A stretch of 51,974 bases of DNA from an uncultured bacterium (GCA_949285875.1 CASDZZ010000005.1:1-51974), one strand, 5' to 3'. Positions 26,218-37,799 are shown, counted from the stretch's first letter. Numbers and translations are program-made. The notes: generated by a model from the sequence alone, not told the origin.

Positions 26218-26844
26218 ATGCCAAAAACAGCACTTTTAGATATGAAAGGTGAAAAAATTAAAGACACTAAATTAGACGATAACGTATGGGGGATTACTCC
26301 TAACGATCAAGCTATATATGAGCATGTTAAATTATTTATGGCCAACACAAGACAAGGTAGTCATAATACTAAGAACCGTAGCGAAGTTTCTGGTGGAGGA
26401 AGAAAGCCATGGAGACAAAAAGGAACGGGTAATGCTCGTCAAGGTTCTACAAGAGCTCCACACTGGGTAGGTGGAGGAGTTGTGTTTGGACCAACTTCAG
26501 AAAGAAATTACAGCAAAAAAATGAATAGAAAACAACGTCGTTTAGCTCTTAAATCAGCACTAAGCTATAGAGCAAAAGAAAATGATGTTATTGTGTTGAA
26601 AGAATTTGCTGTTGAATCAAACAAAACAAAAGATTTATTAAAAACTTTAGAAGGGTTAAAAGTATCTGGAAAAATTCTTATTGTAACTACAGAATTAACT
26701 GATAATTTAATTTTAGCTTCAAGAAATGTTAAATCAATAAATCTTGTTTTGGCTAATGAATTAAATACTTATGATGCTCTAAACTGTGACAAAATGTTGA
26801 TTACAGAAGAAGCAGTAAAATATATAGAGGAGGTGCTTAAATAA
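26218..26844 (+). CDS. rplD: 50S ribosomal protein uL4 (start after the SD)
   Basis: RSEVSGGGRKPWRQKGTG, GGGVVFGP. Confidence 0.99.
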   Translation: MPKTALLDMKGEKIKDTKLDDNVWGITPNDQAIYEHVKLFMANTRQGSHNTKNRSEVSGGGRKPWRQKGTGNARQGSTRAPHWVGGGVVFGPTSERNYSKKMNRKQRRLALKSALSYRAKENDVIVLKEFAVESNKTKDLLKTLEGLKVSGKILIVTTELTDNLILASRNVKSINLVLANELNTYDALNCDKMLITEEAVKYIEEVLK

Positions 26845-27125
26845 TGGATTCATATAAAAATGTGATTGAAGCACCAATTATTACAGAAAAGTCTGCAAAT
26901 ATTTCAGCTGACGGAACTAAGTTAGTTTTAAAAGTTGCAAAGAATGCTAATAAAGTTCAAATTAGACAAGCTGTAGAAAAGATTTTTAATGTTAAGGTAA
27001 CGAATGTAAATACAATAAATGTTCGTCCTAAATCAAAAAGAGTAGGCCGCTACGAAGGAAAGACTAAAGCTTATAAAAAAGCTATTATTACTTTAGCTGA
27101 AGGTAGCAAACTAGATTTAAGCTAA
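26844..27125 (+). CDS. rplW: 50S ribosomal protein uL23
   Basis: PIITEKS, VNTIN, KKAIITL. Confidence 0.98.
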   Translation: MDSYKNVIEAPIITEKSANISADGTKLVLKVAKNANKVQIRQAVEKIFNVKVTNVNTINVRPKSKRVGRYEGKTKAYKKAIITLAEGSKLDLS

Positions 27126-27140
27126 TAAGGAGGAAAGAAA

Positions 27141-27968
27141 ATGCCAGTTAGAAAGTTCAGACCAACTACTAATGCTAGAAGAGGAATGAGTACTTTGGTT
27201 AATGATGAAATAACTAAATCTACTCCTGAAAAAAGCTTAGTTGGCAAGAAGAGAAAAAGAAACGGACATAATAACATGGGTCGTATTACGGTAAGACATC
27301 GTGGTGGCGGTGCACAAAGAAAATACCGTATAATTGACTTTAAGAGAAATAAATTTGATGTTACTGGTAAAGTAGCAGCTATTGAATATGATCCAAATAG
27401 AAGCGCTAATATTGCTTTAATTAATTATTTGGATGGTGAAAAAAGATATATTATAGCTCCTAATAATTTAAAGGTTGGGGATATAATTGTTAGCGGTGAA
27501 AACGTTGACGTTAAAGTTGGTAATGCAATGCCTATTATGAATATTCCAGTAGGTACTGTTATCCACAATATTGAAATGAGACCAGGAAAGGGTGCTCAAC
27601 TTGCACGTAGTGCTGGTTCAAGTGCTCAAATTCTTGGACGTGAAGAAAAATATGTTTTAATTAGATTAAGAAGTGGTGAAACAAGAAAAATTCTTGGAAC
27701 TTGTATGGCTACTATTGGTGAAGTTGGTAATGCTGATTATGCATTAGTAAACTTAGGTAAAGCAGGACGTACTCGTCATATGGGTATTAGACCTACAGTA
27801 CGTGGTTCTGTTATGAACCCTAATGATCACCCACATGGTGGTGGTGAAGGTAGAGCTCCTGTTGGACGTAAGCAACCAATGACTCCATGGGGTAAACCAG
27901 CACTTGGTATGAAGACTCGTAAGAACAAAAAAGCTTCAACTAAGTTAATTGTAAGCCGTAAAAAATAA
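27141..27968 (+). CDS. rplB: 50S ribosomal protein uL2
   Basis: [33 protein letters not shown]. Confidence 0.99.
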   Translation: MPVRKFRPTTNARRGMSTLVNDEITKSTPEKSLVGKKRKRNGHNNMGRITVRHRGGGAQRKYRIIDFKRNKFDVTGKVAAIEYDPNRSANIALINYLDGEKRYIIAPNNLKVGDIIVSGENVDVKVGNAMPIMNIPVGTVIHNIEMRPGKGAQLARSAGSSAQILGREEKYVLIRLRSGETRKILGTCMATIGEVGNADYALVNLGKAGRTRHMGIRPTVRGSVMNPNDHPHGGGEGRAPVGRKQPMTPWGKPALGMKTRKNKKASTKLIVSRKK

Positions 27969-27988
27969 TGGAAAGGAAGAGAATGTAA

Positions 27989-28261
27989 ATGGCAAGAAGT
28001 ATTAAAAAGGGACCTTATGTATTCCCAAGATTACTTAAAAAGGTTCAGAAATTAAATAAAGAAGGAAAAAAAGAAGTAATTAAAACTTGGTCACGCCGTT
28101 CAACTATATTTCCAGATTTTATCGGTCACACATTTGCAGTTCACAATGGTAAGGAATTCATCCCAGTTTATGTTACTGAAGATATGGTAGGACATAAGCT
28201 AGGTGAGTTCTCACTTACTCGTAAATGTGGTGGTCACGGCGAGAACAAAGATAAAAAGTAA
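27989..28261 (+). CDS. rpsS: 30S ribosomal protein uS19
   Basis: [22 protein letters not shown]. Confidence 0.99.
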   Translation: MARSIKKGPYVFPRLLKKVQKLNKEGKKEVIKTWSRRSTIFPDFIGHTFAVHNGKEFIPVYVTEDMVGHKLGEFSLTRKCGGHGENKDKK

Positions 28262-28282
28262 TAACTAGAAGGGAGAACTAAT

Positions 28283-28615
28283 ATGGAAGCGAAAGCAATT
28301 GCGAAAACAGTTCGTATTTCCGCTTTAAAATCTCGTTTAGTTATGAGGTTAATAAACGGAAAAAGCGTGGGCGAAGCTATGAGTATTTTAAACAATATGA
28401 ATAATAAAGCTGCACGTATTATAAAGAAAGTATTAACTTCAGCAGTAGCAAATGCTGAAAATAATCATAATCTTGATAAAACTAAGTTATATGTAAAAGA
28501 AGCTTACGTTAATGATGGGCCTGTTCTTAAAAGATCAGTTCCTGATTCAAGAGGAAGAATTGCTAAAAACGATCACCGTACAAGTCATGTAACAGTGGTT
28601 GTAGCAGAAAGATAA
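28283..28615 (+). CDS. rplV: 50S ribosomal protein uL22 with divergent beta-hairpin
   Basis: SAVANAENN, GPVLKR, RTSHVTVVV; operon position. Confidence 0.97.
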   Translation: MEAKAIAKTVRISALKSRLVMRLINGKSVGEAMSILNNMNNKAARIIKKVLTSAVANAENNHNLDKTKLYVKEAYVNDGPVLKRSVPDSRGRIAKNDHRTSHVTVVVAER

Positions 28616-28632
28616 TATAAGGAGGAAGACTA

Positions 28633-29307
28633 ATGGGTCAAAAAGTTAATCCTGCAGGTTTAAGACTTGGTATTAACAAGGAATGGACTGCTAAATGGTA
28701 TGCACCAAGTAAAGATTTCTCTAAAGCATTAGATAATGATATGAAAATTCGTAAATTCTTATCAAATAAATTAAAAAATGCGGCAGTATCTTCTGTATCA
28801 ATTGAAAGAAGTAATAAAAAAACTGAAGTTAAAATTAATACTGCTAAACCAGGTGTTGTTATAGGACATGGTGGTGAAGAAATCGAAAACTTAAAAAAAG
28901 AAATTAACAAATTAGTTGGAGAAGAAGTACAAATCTCCATTTTAGAAGTTAAGAATCCAGATTTAGATGCTCAATTAGTTGCTAATAACATCGCAAGTCA
29001 AATTGAAAACAGAGGTTCTTACAGAATGGCTCAAAAAAGAGCTATTAGAAATACAATGAAAGCTGGAGCAAAGGGAATCAAAACTTTATGTTCTGGTCGT
29101 CTTAATGGGGCTGAAATTGCTCGTAGTGAAGGTTATAATGAAGGTACAACACCTCTACATACTTTAAGAGCTGATATTGATTATGCAACAGCAGAGGCAA
29201 ATACTACATATGGTAAAATAGGTGTTAAGGTATGGATTTATAAAGGTGAAATACTTCCTTCAAAAAATAAGGGGGGTAATAAAGATGTTAATGCCAAAAA
29301 GAACTAA
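28633..29307 (+). CDS. rpsC: 30S ribosomal protein uS3
   Basis: [31 protein letters not shown]. Confidence 0.99.
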   Translation: MGQKVNPAGLRLGINKEWTAKWYAPSKDFSKALDNDMKIRKFLSNKLKNAAVSSVSIERSNKKTEVKINTAKPGVVIGHGGEEIENLKKEINKLVGEEVQISILEVKNPDLDAQLVANNIASQIENRGSYRMAQKRAIRNTMKAGAKGIKTLCSGRLNGAEIARSEGYNEGTTPLHTLRADIDYATAEANTTYGKIGVKVWIYKGEILPSKNKGGNKDVNAKKN

Positions 29308-29716
29308 ATATCGTAAACCTCACAGAATTTACTATGAAGGAAAGTCAAAAGGAAATACCGTATTACACTTTGGTGAATATGGTTTAATGGCAAAAGAAGG
29401 AGCTTGGATTTCTGCAAAGCAAATTGAGGCTGCTCGTGTTGCTATGACAAGATACATGAAACGTGGAGGAAGAGTTTTTGTTAATATATTCCCTCACTTA
29501 TCATTAACTAAAAAACCTTTAGAAACTCGTCAAGGTAAAGGTAAAGGTAATCCTGAAAGCTGGGTTGCAGTTGTTAAAGAAGGTAAAATTATGTTTGAAG
29601 TATCAGGTGTAACTGAAGAAGTAGCTCGTGAAGCTTTAAGGCTTGCAATGCATAAGTTACCAATCAAATGTAAATTTGTAACTAAAGAAAATGGTGGTGA
29701 AAAAAATGAAGGTTAA
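29285..29716 (+). CDS. rplP: 50S ribosomal protein uL16 (start MLMPKR)
   Basis: [23 protein letters not shown]. Confidence 0.99.
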   Translation: MLMPKRTKYRKPHRIYYEGKSKGNTVLHFGEYGLMAKEGAWISAKQIEAARVAMTRYMKRGGRVFVNIFPHLSLTKKPLETRQGKGKGNPESWVAVVKEGKIMFEVSGVTEEVAREALRLAMHKLPIKCKFVTKENGGEKNEG

Positions 29717-29897
29717 GGAAATTAGAGAATTAACCACTGAACAAATTGAAGCTAAAATTACTGAATTTAAGGATGAAATTTTCAATTTGCGTTTAAAACA
29801 AGCTACTGGAAATTTGGAAAAACCTTCAAGAATACATGAATTAAGAAAAGACGTTGCTAGAATGAAAACTATTTTAGCAGAACGTAAGGAAGCATAA
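29706..29897 (+). CDS. rpmC: 50S ribosomal protein uL29
   Basis: [21 protein letters not shown]. Confidence 0.98.
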   Translation: MKVKEIRELTTEQIEAKITEFKDEIFNLRLKQATGNLEKPSRIHELRKDVARMKTILAERKEA

Positions 29898-29909
29898 GGA
29901 GGTTTACTA

Positions 29910-30167
29910 ATGGAAAGACAAAAACGTGAAGTAGTAGGTAAAGTTGTAAGTGCAAAAAATAATAAAACTATTACAATTTTAGTTGAAACTTATAAAAAAG
30001 ATCCAAAATATGGTAAACGTGTTAAATATTCTAAGAAATATGCAGCACATGATGAAAATAACCAAGCTAAAGTCGGAGATATTGTTAAAGTAGTTGAAAC
30101 AAAGCCATTATCAAAGACTAAAAGATTTAGTTTAGTGGAAATAGTAGAAGAAGCCGTAATTTTATAG
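29910..30167 (+). CDS. rpsQ: 30S ribosomal protein uS17
   Basis: GKVVS, KYAAHDE, PLSKTK. Confidence 0.98.
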   Translation: MERQKREVVGKVVSAKNNKTITILVETYKKDPKYGKRVKYSKKYAAHDENNQAKVGDIVKVVETKPLSKTKRFSLVEIVEEAVIL

Positions 30168-30197
30168 GCACTATGCAAATAAGAAGGAGGATTCAAT

Positions 30198-30566
30198 ATG
30201 ATTCAACAACAAAGTCGTTTAAAAGTTGCTGATAACTCTGGAGCTCGTGAATTAATGGTTATAAGAGTTTTAGGTGGTAGCACTAGAAAAACAGGAAACA
30301 TTGGTGACATCGTAGTTGGAACAGTAAAAAAAGCAACTCCAAATGGTAATATAACAAGTGGTAAAGTTGTAAAAGCAGTTGTTGTAAGAAGTAAATTTGG
30401 AATGCGTAGAGATGATGGTTCTTATATCAAATTTGATGATAATGCTTGCGTTATTATTAAGGATGATAAGACACCAGTTGGAACAAGAATTTTAGGTCCA
30501 GTAGCACGCGAATTACGTGATAAAGATTTCATGAAAATTGTATCGTTAGCTAAAGAAGTGTTATAG
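30198..30566 (+). CDS. rplN: 50S ribosomal protein uL14
   Basis: [20 protein letters not shown]. Confidence 0.99.
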   Translation: MIQQQSRLKVADNSGARELMVIRVLGGSTRKTGNIGDIVVGTVKKATPNGNITSGKVVKAVVVRSKFGMRRDDGSYIKFDDNACVIIKDDKTPVGTRILGPVARELRDKDFMKIVSLAKEVL

Positions 30567-30585
30567 ACCTTTTAAGGAGGAAATC

Positions 30586-30891
30586 ATGAATTTAAAAGTT
30601 GGAGATAAAGTAATTGTTATTGCTGGTAAAGATAAAGGTAAAGAAGGAAAAATCATCGAAAAGAAAGGTGAAAGAGTAAAAGTTGAAGGTGTTAATATAG
30701 TAAAGAAACATATTAAACCAAATGGTCAAGATCAAAATGGTGGAATTATTGATACTGAAGCTTTTATTCATATTTCTAATGTTAATATGATTGATCCAAA
30801 AACCAAAAAAAGCACTAGAATAGCACATGAAATAGATAAAGATGGAAATAAAGTTAGAATTTCTAGCAAGTCAAAAACAAAATTAGACTAA
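30586..30891 (+). CDS. rplX: 50S ribosomal protein uL24
   Basis: GDKVIVIAGKDKG, EGVN, IHISNV. Confidence 0.99.
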   Translation: MNLKVGDKVIVIAGKDKGKEGKIIEKKGERVKVEGVNIVKKHIKPNGQDQNGGIIDTEAFIHISNVNMIDPKTKKSTRIAHEIDKDGNKVRISSKSKTKLD

Positions 30892-30909
30892 TCTGGAAGG
30901 AGGGTAACT

Positions 30910-31449
30910 ATGAACAGTTTAAAAGAACAATATAATAAGGAAATTATTCCTGAACTAACAAAAAAATATAATTATACTACTGTCATGGCTGTACCAAAGT
31001 TAGAGAAGATTGTAGTTAATATGGGAGTTGGAGATGCAACAACAAATAGTAAATTAATGGATGTTGCAGTTTCTGAATTAGAAAAAATAACTGGACAACA
31101 ACCAGTTATTACTAAAGCCAAAAAGTCTGTTGCTGGTTTTAAAGTAAGAGAAGGACAACCTATTGGTTGTAAAGTAACACTTCGCGGTGAAGTAATGTAC
31201 ACTTTCTTGGAAAAATTAATTAGAATAGCTTTACCTCGTGTACGTGATTTTAGAGGTATTTCTTCAAAGGCTTTTGATGGAAGAGGAAATTATACTTTAG
31301 GTATAAAAGAACAAACAATTTTTCCTGAAATAGTATATGATGAAGTTGTTAAGGTACGTGGAATGGACATTGTTTTTGTTACAACAGCAAAGACAAATGA
31401 AGAAGCATTAGACTTGTTAAAAGGTTTTGGTTTACCTTTTAGAAAGTAA
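30910..31449 (+). CDS. rplE: 50S ribosomal protein uL5
   Basis: [25 protein letters not shown]. Confidence 0.99.
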   Translation: MNSLKEQYNKEIIPELTKKYNYTTVMAVPKLEKIVVNMGVGDATTNSKLMDVAVSELEKITGQQPVITKAKKSVAGFKVREGQPIGCKVTLRGEVMYTFLEKLIRIALPRVRDFRGISSKAFDGRGNYTLGIKEQTIFPEIVYDEVVKVRGMDIVFVTTAKTNEEALDLLKGFGLPFRK

Positions 31450-31467
31450 GCAAATAGGAGGAATTTA

Positions 31468-31653
31468 ATGGCAAAAAAAAGCATGGTTGTAAAAGCTAAA
31501 AGACCAAAGAAATATAAAGTACAAGAATATACTCGTTGCAACAGATGCGGTCGTCCACATTCAGTAATGAGAAAGTTTGGTATCTGCCGTATTTGCTTTA
31601 GAGAATTAGCGTATAAAGGTGAAATTCCTGGCGTTAAAAAGTCAAGTTGGTAA
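31468..31653 (+). CDS. rpsN: 30S ribosomal protein uS14, Zn-binding type Z
   Basis: 61 aa, CNRC...CRIC. Confidence 0.98.
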   Translation: MAKKSMVVKAKRPKKYKVQEYTRCNRCGRPHSVMRKFGICRICFRELAYKGEIPGVKKSSW

Positions 31654-31680
31654 GAGAATAGAGTTGAAGGGAGGATACAA

Positions 31681-32079
31681 ATGTTAGTAACAGATCCAAT
31701 CGCAGATTTACTTACGAGAATTCGTAATGCTAATCAAATGCGTTATAATGAAGTTGTTGTGCCTTCATCAAATGTAAAAAAACAAATAGTAAAAATTTTA
31801 AAAGAAGAAGGTTACATCACAAACTATAAAGTAGAAAAAGGGGAAGTACAAGATAATATCATTATTACTTTAAAATATGGACAAAATAAGGAAAGAGTTA
31901 TTTCTGGTTTGAAAAAGATTTCCAAACCAGGATTACGTGTGTATGCTAAGGCTGAAGAAATTCCAACAGTATTAAATGGTTTAGGGATTTCGATAGTTTC
32001 AACATCAAAGGGAATTATGACTGGTAAAGAAGCCAAAAAAGAAAACCTTGGTGGGGAAGTATTAGCATATATATGGTAA
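31681..32079 (+). CDS. rpsH: 30S ribosomal protein uS8
   Basis: [26 protein letters not shown]. Confidence 0.99.
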   Translation: MLVTDPIADLLTRIRNANQMRYNEVVVPSSNVKKQIVKILKEEGYITNYKVEKGEVQDNIIITLKYGQNKERVISGLKKISKPGLRVYAKAEEIPTVLNGLGISIVSTSKGIMTGKEAKKENLGGEVLAYIW

Positions 32080-32098
32080 TTTGATAGGAGGAACTGAA

Positions 32099-32638
32099 AT
32101 GAGTCGTATTGGAAATAGAGTTTTAACTATTCCTGAAAAAGTAGAAGTAATAGTTAATGATAACCAAGTTAACGTTAAAGGGCCTAAAGGAGAATTATCA
32201 TTAGGTGTAGATAAAAATATTAAAGTTTCTGTTGAAGAAAATAAAATAACAGTTACAAGAAATAATGATATTAAAAAAGTTAAACAAATGCATGGAACAA
32301 CTAATGCATTAATAGCTAACATGATTAAGGGTGTTTCTGAAGGTTTTGAAAAGAGTCTTGAAATATTTGGTGTTGGTTATAGATTTAATCTTAAAGGAAA
32401 AGTATTAGAGGTAAGCGCAGGTTACTCTCATAAAATAGAACTTGAAGTTCCTGAAGGATTAACTGTTGATGCAGTAAGTGCAACAGAAATTACAATAAGA
32501 GGTATTGACAAAGAAAAAGTTGGAAAATTTGCTGCTGAAATAAGAGAAATAAGAAAACCTGAACCATATAAAGGAAAAGGAATTCGTTACAAAGGCGAAC
32601 ATATTCGTCGTAAAGAAGGAAAGAAAGCTTCTAAATAA
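32099..32638 (+). CDS. rplF: 50S ribosomal protein uL6 (start MSRIG)
   Basis: MSRIG, GVGYR, PEPYKGKGIRY. Confidence 0.99.
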   Translation: MSRIGNRVLTIPEKVEVIVNDNQVNVKGPKGELSLGVDKNIKVSVEENKITVTRNNDIKKVKQMHGTTNALIANMIKGVSEGFEKSLEIFGVGYRFNLKGKVLEVSAGYSHKIELEVPEGLTVDAVSATEITIRGIDKEKVGKFAAEIREIRKPEPYKGKGIRYKGEHIRRKEGKKASK

Positions 32639-32659
32639 TAGGAAAGGGAGATTATTACA

Positions 32660-33022
32660 ATGATAAAAAAGACATCACGTAATGAAGCTCGTATAGCTAG
32701 ACATGCTAGAATTAGAAATAAGATTAGTGGAACTGGCGAGTTACCAAGATTATGTGTATTTAGATCTTTAAAAAACATTAGTGCTCAAATTATTGATGAC
32801 ACTAAAGGAGTTACTTTAGTTAGTGCTTCAAGTTTAGATAAAGATTTAAAAATTACAAATGGTGGTAACATAGAAGCAAGTAAGCTTGTAGGGGCTGAAA
32901 TTGCAAAGAAAGCAAAAAAAGCAAAAATAACTAAAGTAGTATTCGATAGAGGTGGATACTTATATCACGGACGTGTTAAAGCTTTAGCTGACGCTGCTCG
33001 TGAAAATGGATTAGAATTCTAA
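32660..33022 (+). CDS. rplR: 50S ribosomal protein uL18
   Basis: [29 protein letters not shown]. Confidence 0.99.
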   Translation: MIKKTSRNEARIARHARIRNKISGTGELPRLCVFRSLKNISAQIIDDTKGVTLVSASSLDKDLKITNGGNIEASKLVGAEIAKKAKKAKITKVVFDRGGYLYHGRVKALADAARENGLEF

Positions 33023-33036
33023 AGGAGGGTAACAAA

Positions 33037-33546
33037 GTGGAAAGAAGAAATAGCAAACCACGCGAAAAAGAATATAACGAAGTCGTTATTTCAGTTAATC
33101 GTGTTACAAAAGTTACCAAAGGTGGACGTCATCTTCGTTTTGCAGCAACAGTTGCTGTAGGAGATGGAAAAGGTAAAGTTGGCCTTGGAACAGGAAAAGC
33201 AAATGAAGTTCAGGATGCTATTAAAAAAGCAATTGGTAATGCAACTAATAATATTATTAGAGTTGATTTAGTTGATAACAGAACAGTTTCTCATGACGCC
33301 ATAGGAACTTCAGGAGCTGCAAAAGTATTAATTAAGCCTGCTGTTGCTGGTACTGGTATTATTGCTGGTGGTTCAGTACGTGCAGTACTTGAATTAGCTG
33401 GCGTAAAAGACATTATTTCAAAATCACTTGGATCAAATACAAAATTAAATACCGCTAGAGCTACAATTGAAGCACTTAAATCCCAAAAATCAGCAAAGCA
33501 TATAGCTGAATTAAGAGGAAAAACTGTAGAGGAGATTTTAGGATAA
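33037..33546 (+). CDS. rpsE: 30S ribosomal protein uS5 (GTG start)
   Basis: [23 protein letters not shown]. Confidence 0.99.
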   Translation: MERRNSKPREKEYNEVVISVNRVTKVTKGGRHLRFAATVAVGDGKGKVGLGTGKANEVQDAIKKAIGNATNNIIRVDLVDNRTVSHDAIGTSGAAKVLIKPAVAGTGIIAGGSVRAVLELAGVKDIISKSLGSNTKLNTARATIEALKSQKSAKHIAELRGKTVEEILG

Positions 33547-33989
33547 TGAAACTACATGAATTAAAATTTTTAGAAGGTTCTAAGAAAAATATTAAAAGAT
33601 TAGGACGTGGGTCTAGTAGCGGTACTGGAAAAACAAGTGGTAGAGGTCAAAAAGGACAAAATTCTAGAAGTGGTGGTGGAGTAAGACCAGGTTTTGAAGG
33701 TGGTCAATTACCATTATATAGAAGATTGCCTAAGAGAGGATTTTCTAATGCTTTATTTAAAAAAACATATGCTGTTATTAATGTATCAGATTTAAATATG
33801 TTTAATGATGGTGCAGAAGTAACTCCAGAATTACTTAAAGAAATGGGCATTATAAAAAAGGAATTATCAGGAATTAAAGTTCTTGGTAACGGAAGCTTAG
33901 AAAAGAAATTAACTGTTAAAGCAAATTGCTTTTCATCAGTTGCAAAAAATAAGATAGAAGCTGTGGGTGGAAAAGCAGAGGTGATTTAG
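33546..33989 (+). CDS. rplO: 50S ribosomal protein uL15
   Basis: [24 protein letters not shown]. Confidence 0.99.
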   Translation: MKLHELKFLEGSKKNIKRLGRGSSSGTGKTSGRGQKGQNSRSGGGVRPGFEGGQLPLYRRLPKRGFSNALFKKTYAVINVSDLNMFNDGAEVTPELLKEMGIIKKELSGIKVLGNGSLEKKLTVKANCFSSVAKNKIEAVGGKAEVI

Positions 33990-35261
33990 ATGTTTAAAAA
34001 TTTTAAACAACTGTTTTCTGCTAGAAACAAAGATTTAAGAAAAAAAATTCTCTTTACTTTATTTATATTATTCTTATATAAAGTCGGAACATCTATTAGG
34101 GTTCCTGGAACAGAAAATATCACTCAAGATTTAGGCTTTTTGGAGCTTTTGAATGTTATGGGTGGAGGTTCATTAAAGAATTTTTCAATCTTTGCTTTGG
34201 GTGTTACACCTTATATTAGTGCATCAATTATAGTTCAATTATTGCAGATGGATATAATTCCGTACTTTTCTAATTTAGCTAAGGAAGGGCATACTGGTAG
34301 AGTTAAGTTGAATAAAATTACTAGATATATTGGGATAGCATTTGCATTTTTGCAAGGCTATGTTATGTCATTTTCCTTTTTAGGAGAAAGTAGTACAGCT
34401 TTAGAATATTTAAGAGTATCTTTAATATTAACTGCTGGAACTTGTTTCTTACTTTGGTTAGGAGATCAAATAACTAAAAAAGGAGTTGGAAATGGTATTT
34501 CACTATTAATTATGGCTGGTATTTTAATAAGTACTCCTAGTATGATGGTTGATGCATTTGGTTCATTTGTAGTATCTGGAACTACCCAAGAGGTAGCTTT
34601 AGGAATAACAAAATTTATTTTATTTATATTACTATATGTAGCGATAATAGTTGGTGTAGTATTTATAGAAAAATCAGAAAGACGAATACCTATTCAATAT
34701 TCGAACAGAACAACAACAGCCTATGGAGCAAAACAAACTTACATTCCTTTGAAATTAAATTCAGCAGGAGTTATGCCAGTTATTTTTGCTTCGAGTTTGA
34801 TTTCGATACCTTCTTTGATAGCAACTTTTGTAAAAAATGATTCATTTTCTTTGTTTGTCAATAGTTATATAAATTATAATACAGTGACAGGTTTTATATT
34901 GTACATATTATTTATTGTGTTATTTTCTTATTTATATACATTTATGGCAACGGGTTTAAAACCTAAAGAGTTAGCTGAGAATCTTAATAAACAGGGTGGC
35001 TATATTCCTGGTATTAGACCTGGAAAAGAAACAAAAAATTATATAGGAAATGTTTTATCGAAAACAACTTTCCTAGGAGCATTATTTCTAATAGTAATTG
35101 CAGGTTTTCCAATTTTAGCTGCTAATATTAGTAGTTTACCTACTAGTGTAACAGTTGGTGGTACTGGACTATTAATTGTTGTAGGAGTTGCTCTTGAAAC
35201 TTATAATCAAATAGAAAGTACTTTGTCTGCAAGAAGTTATGAAAGGAGTTATCGTAGGTAA
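33990..35261 (+). CDS. secY: Preprotein translocase SecY
   Basis: SIFALGVTPYISASI, GVGNGISL, AGVMPVIFA, IPGIRPG. Confidence 0.99.
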   Translation: MFKNFKQLFSARNKDLRKKILFTLFILFLYKVGTSIRVPGTENITQDLGFLELLNVMGGGSLKNFSIFALGVTPYISASIIVQLLQMDIIPYFSNLAKEGHTGRVKLNKITRYIGIAFAFLQGYVMSFSFLGESSTALEYLRVSLILTAGTCFLLWLGDQITKKGVGNGISLLIMAGILISTPSMMVDAFGSFVVSGTTQEVALGITKFILFILLYVAIIVGVVFIEKSERRIPIQYSNRTTTAYGAKQTYIPLKLNSAGVMPVIFASSLISIPSLIATFVKNDSFSLFVNSYINYNTVTGFILYILFIVLFSYLYTFMATGLKPKELAENLNKQGGYIPGIRPGKETKNYIGNVLSKTTFLGALFLIVIAGFPILAANISSLPTSVTVGGTGLLIVVGVALETYNQIESTLSARSYERSYRR

Positions 35262-35914
35262 TGAAAAACGTTATTTTGTTAGCTCCCCCAGCAGCTGGTA
35301 AAGGTACTTTATCAGAGCTGTTAGTAGAGAAATATGGTTATAAGCATATTTCAACGGGAGATTTGCTTAGAAATGAAATAAATAATAAAACGGAAATTGG
35401 TAAACAAGCTGAAAGTTTAATGAAAGAGGGAAAGTTTGTTTCTGATGATGTTATAGTATCTTTGATTTCAAAGACTATAAGTGATAATGAATGTGATAAA
35501 GGTTATATTTTGGATGGTTTCCCAAGGACAATTGTTCAAGCTGAAAAATATGATAAATTGTTAAATGATTTAAATAAAGATATAGGTATTGTTATTTATT
35601 TAGATATTGATAAAGAAACAGCAATGAAAAGAGCTTGTTCTAGATTGAACTGTCCAAAGTGTGGTAGAATTTATAATAAATATTCAGAAGATACAAAGCC
35701 TAGACTTGAAGGAATTTGTGATGACTGTAATGTTAAATTAACACAAAGAGCTGATGATAGTGAAGAAACTTTTGGCAAGAGATTCGATGAATATATGAAC
35801 AAGACTATGCCTTTATATGATCATTATAAGAAACGCAATTTGTTATTTAAAATAAATGCAAGAGAACAAAAAAATGATATTTTGAATAAAGTAATTAAAC
35901 TATTAGAACAGTAG
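35261..35914 (+). CDS. adk: Adenylate kinase with Zn-binding LID
   Basis: APPAAGKGT, HISTGDLLR, LDGFPR, CPKC...CDDC. Confidence 0.97.
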   Translation: MKNVILLAPPAAGKGTLSELLVEKYGYKHISTGDLLRNEINNKTEIGKQAESLMKEGKFVSDDVIVSLISKTISDNECDKGYILDGFPRTIVQAEKYDKLLNDLNKDIGIVIYLDIDKETAMKRACSRLNCPKCGRIYNKYSEDTKPRLEGICDDCNVKLTQRADDSEETFGKRFDEYMNKTMPLYDHYKKRNLLFKINAREQKNDILNKVIKLLEQ

Positions 35915-35922
35915 GCGATAAA

Positions 35923-36669
35923 ATGATAAGTATAAAATCGGCACGTGAAATTGAATTAATGGTTATTGCTGGTAAAATTGTTTTTGAAACACATCAGCAT
36001 TTAAAAAAATTAATAAAACCTGGAATAAGTTTAGTTGAATTGGATAGCGAAGCAGAAAGATTTATACTAAGTAAAGGTGCAAAACCTTCTTTTAAAGGGT
36101 ATGATGGTTTTCCTAATGCAACTTGTATTTCTGTTAATGAGGAGGTTGTACACGGAATTCCATCCAATAGAAAATTGAAATTAGGAGATATTGTTTCGAT
36201 TGATATCGGTGCAGATTATAAAGGTTATCATGGAGATTCTGCTTGGACTTATGCAGTAGGTAATATAGATGATGAAAAAAAATATTTGTTAGAACATACA
36301 AAAAAGGCTTTGTATGAAGGTATAAAACAAGTAAAACCAGGAAATAGAATAGGTGATATTGGTTATGCTGTTGAAAATTACGCTAATAATCACAATCTTG
36401 GTATTGTAAGGGAATTATGTGGCCATGGAGTTGGTAATAAACTTCATGAAGATCCAGATGTTCCCAATTATGGAAATAAGCATACTGGCCCAATATTAAA
36501 AGAAGGCATGGTTATTGCGATAGAACCAATGCTTAATTTGGGAAGTGATGATATAGTAATTGAAGACAATGATTGGACGATAACGACTTTAGATCAAAGA
36601 CCTTCAGCTCATTTTGAGCATACGGTGCTGGTAACTAAAGACGGATATAGGATTTTGACAGGAGAGTGA
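35923..36669 (+). CDS. map: Type I methionine aminopeptidase
   Basis: VVHGIP, GHGVG, HEDP, AIEPM, SAHFEHT. Confidence 0.98.
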   Translation: MISIKSAREIELMVIAGKIVFETHQHLKKLIKPGISLVELDSEAERFILSKGAKPSFKGYDGFPNATCISVNEEVVHGIPSNRKLKLGDIVSIDIGADYKGYHGDSAWTYAVGNIDDEKKYLLEHTKKALYEGIKQVKPGNRIGDIGYAVENYANNHNLGIVRELCGHGVGNKLHEDPDVPNYGNKHTGPILKEGMVIAIEPMLNLGSDDIVIEDNDWTITTLDQRPSAHFEHTVLVTKDGYRILTGE

Positions 36670-36674
36670 TTTAA

Positions 36675-36890
36675 ATGGCAAAAGAAGAAATGGTTGAAGT
36701 AGAAGGTAAGGTAATCGAATTACTAAAAGGTGGAGACTTTAAAGTTCAACTTAATAATGGACATACTGTAGAAGCCCGCGTTTCTGGTAAAATGCGAATG
36801 AATAAAATTCGTATTTTACCAGGTGATACAGTAGTTCTAGAAATATCACCTTATGATTTAACACGCGGACGTATAACCTATAGAAAATGA
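36675..36890 (+). CDS. infA: Translation initiation factor IF-1
   Basis: [25 protein letters not shown]. Confidence 0.99.
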   Translation: MAKEEMVEVEGKVIELLKGGDFKVQLNNGHTVEARVSGKMRMNKIRILPGDTVVLEISPYDLTRGRITYRK

Positions 36891-36904
36891 TAGGAGGATA
36901 AAAT

Positions 36905-37018
36905 ATGAAAGTAAGACCATCAGTTAAAAAGATTTGTGACAAATGTAAAATCATTAAAAGAAATGGGAAAGTAATGGTTATCTGTGAAAACCCTAAACAT
37001 AAACAAAGACAAGGTTAA
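36905..37018 (+). CDS. rpmJ: 50S ribosomal protein bL36, Zn-ribbon type (missing from the ORF track)
   Basis: Manual translation [37 protein letters not shown]; SD AGGAGG. Confidence 0.98.
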   Translation: MKVRPSVKKICDKCKIIKRNGKVMVICENPKHKQRQG

Positions 37019-37032
37019 TAGGAGGTGTATTT

Positions 37033-37398
37033 ATGGCACGTATTAAAAACGTTGATTTACCAGATAATAAGAGAATAGAAGTTGCTTTAACTTATATACA
37101 TGGTATAGGAAGAAAATTATCAAAGAATATCTTAACTAAATTAAATATAAATTTAGATAAAAAAGTTAAGGAATTAAGTGACGAAGAAGTTACTATGATT
37201 CGTAAGGAATTAGATAACTATTTACTAGAAGGTGATCTAAGAAGAGAAGTTTCCATGAATATAAAAACAAAGATGGAAATTGGTTCTTACCAAGGTATTC
37301 GTCACCGTAAAGGATTACCTGTAAGGGGTCAATCAACAAGAAGAAATGCAAGAACTCGTAAGGGTAAAGGTAAGACTGTAGCTAATAAGAAGAAGTAG
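37033..37398 (+). CDS. rpsM: 30S ribosomal protein uS13
   Basis: [22 protein letters not shown]. Confidence 0.99.
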   Translation: MARIKNVDLPDNKRIEVALTYIHGIGRKLSKNILTKLNINLDKKVKELSDEEVTMIRKELDNYLLEGDLRREVSMNIKTKMEIGSYQGIRHRKGLPVRGQSTRRNARTRKGKGKTVANKKK

Positions 37399-37415
37399 GA
37401 AAAGGAGGGTAAATA

Positions 37416-37799
37416 ATGGCATATAAAGCAAGAAAACGTAAAGTTAAAAAGAATATACCAGAAGGACAAGCTCATATTTCTTCAACATTTAATAATACTA
37501 TTATAACTATAACTGATAAAGAAGGAAATGTTGTATCTTGGGCTTCAGCTGGAACTTCAGGTTTTAAAGGAAGTAAAAAGAAAACTCCATTTGCAGCAGG
37601 AATAAGTGCAGAAGCAGCTGGAAAAGCAGCTTATGATGCTGGAATGAGAAAAGTAGCAGTATTTGTAAAAGGATTAGGTTCTGGACGTGAAACTGCAATT
37701 CGTTCTTTACAAACTGCAGGATTGGAAATTACTTCAATAACAGATGTTACACCTGTTCCACATAATGGTTGTCGTCCACCAAAACGTTCACATGGATAA
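37416..37799 (+). CDS. rpsK: 30S ribosomal protein uS11
   Basis: [26 protein letters not shown]. Confidence 0.99.
   Translation: MAYKARKRKVKKNIPEGQAHISSTFNNTIITITDKEGNVVSWASAGTSGFKGSKKKTPFAAGISAEAAGKAAYDAGMRKVAVFVKGLGSGRETAIRSLQTAGLEITSITDVTPVPHNGCRPPKRSHG

Noticed and set aside
28220-28240. uS19 TRKCGGH with Cys in place of an aromatic residue
   Set aside because: A single-base difference (TGT versus TTT/TAT) that cannot be told apart from a polymorphism or error
4692-36890. Mycoplasma-type UGA=Trp recoding
   Set aside because: rlmH, map and infA end at TGA at the expected lengths and conserved Trp residues use TGG, so code 11 applies
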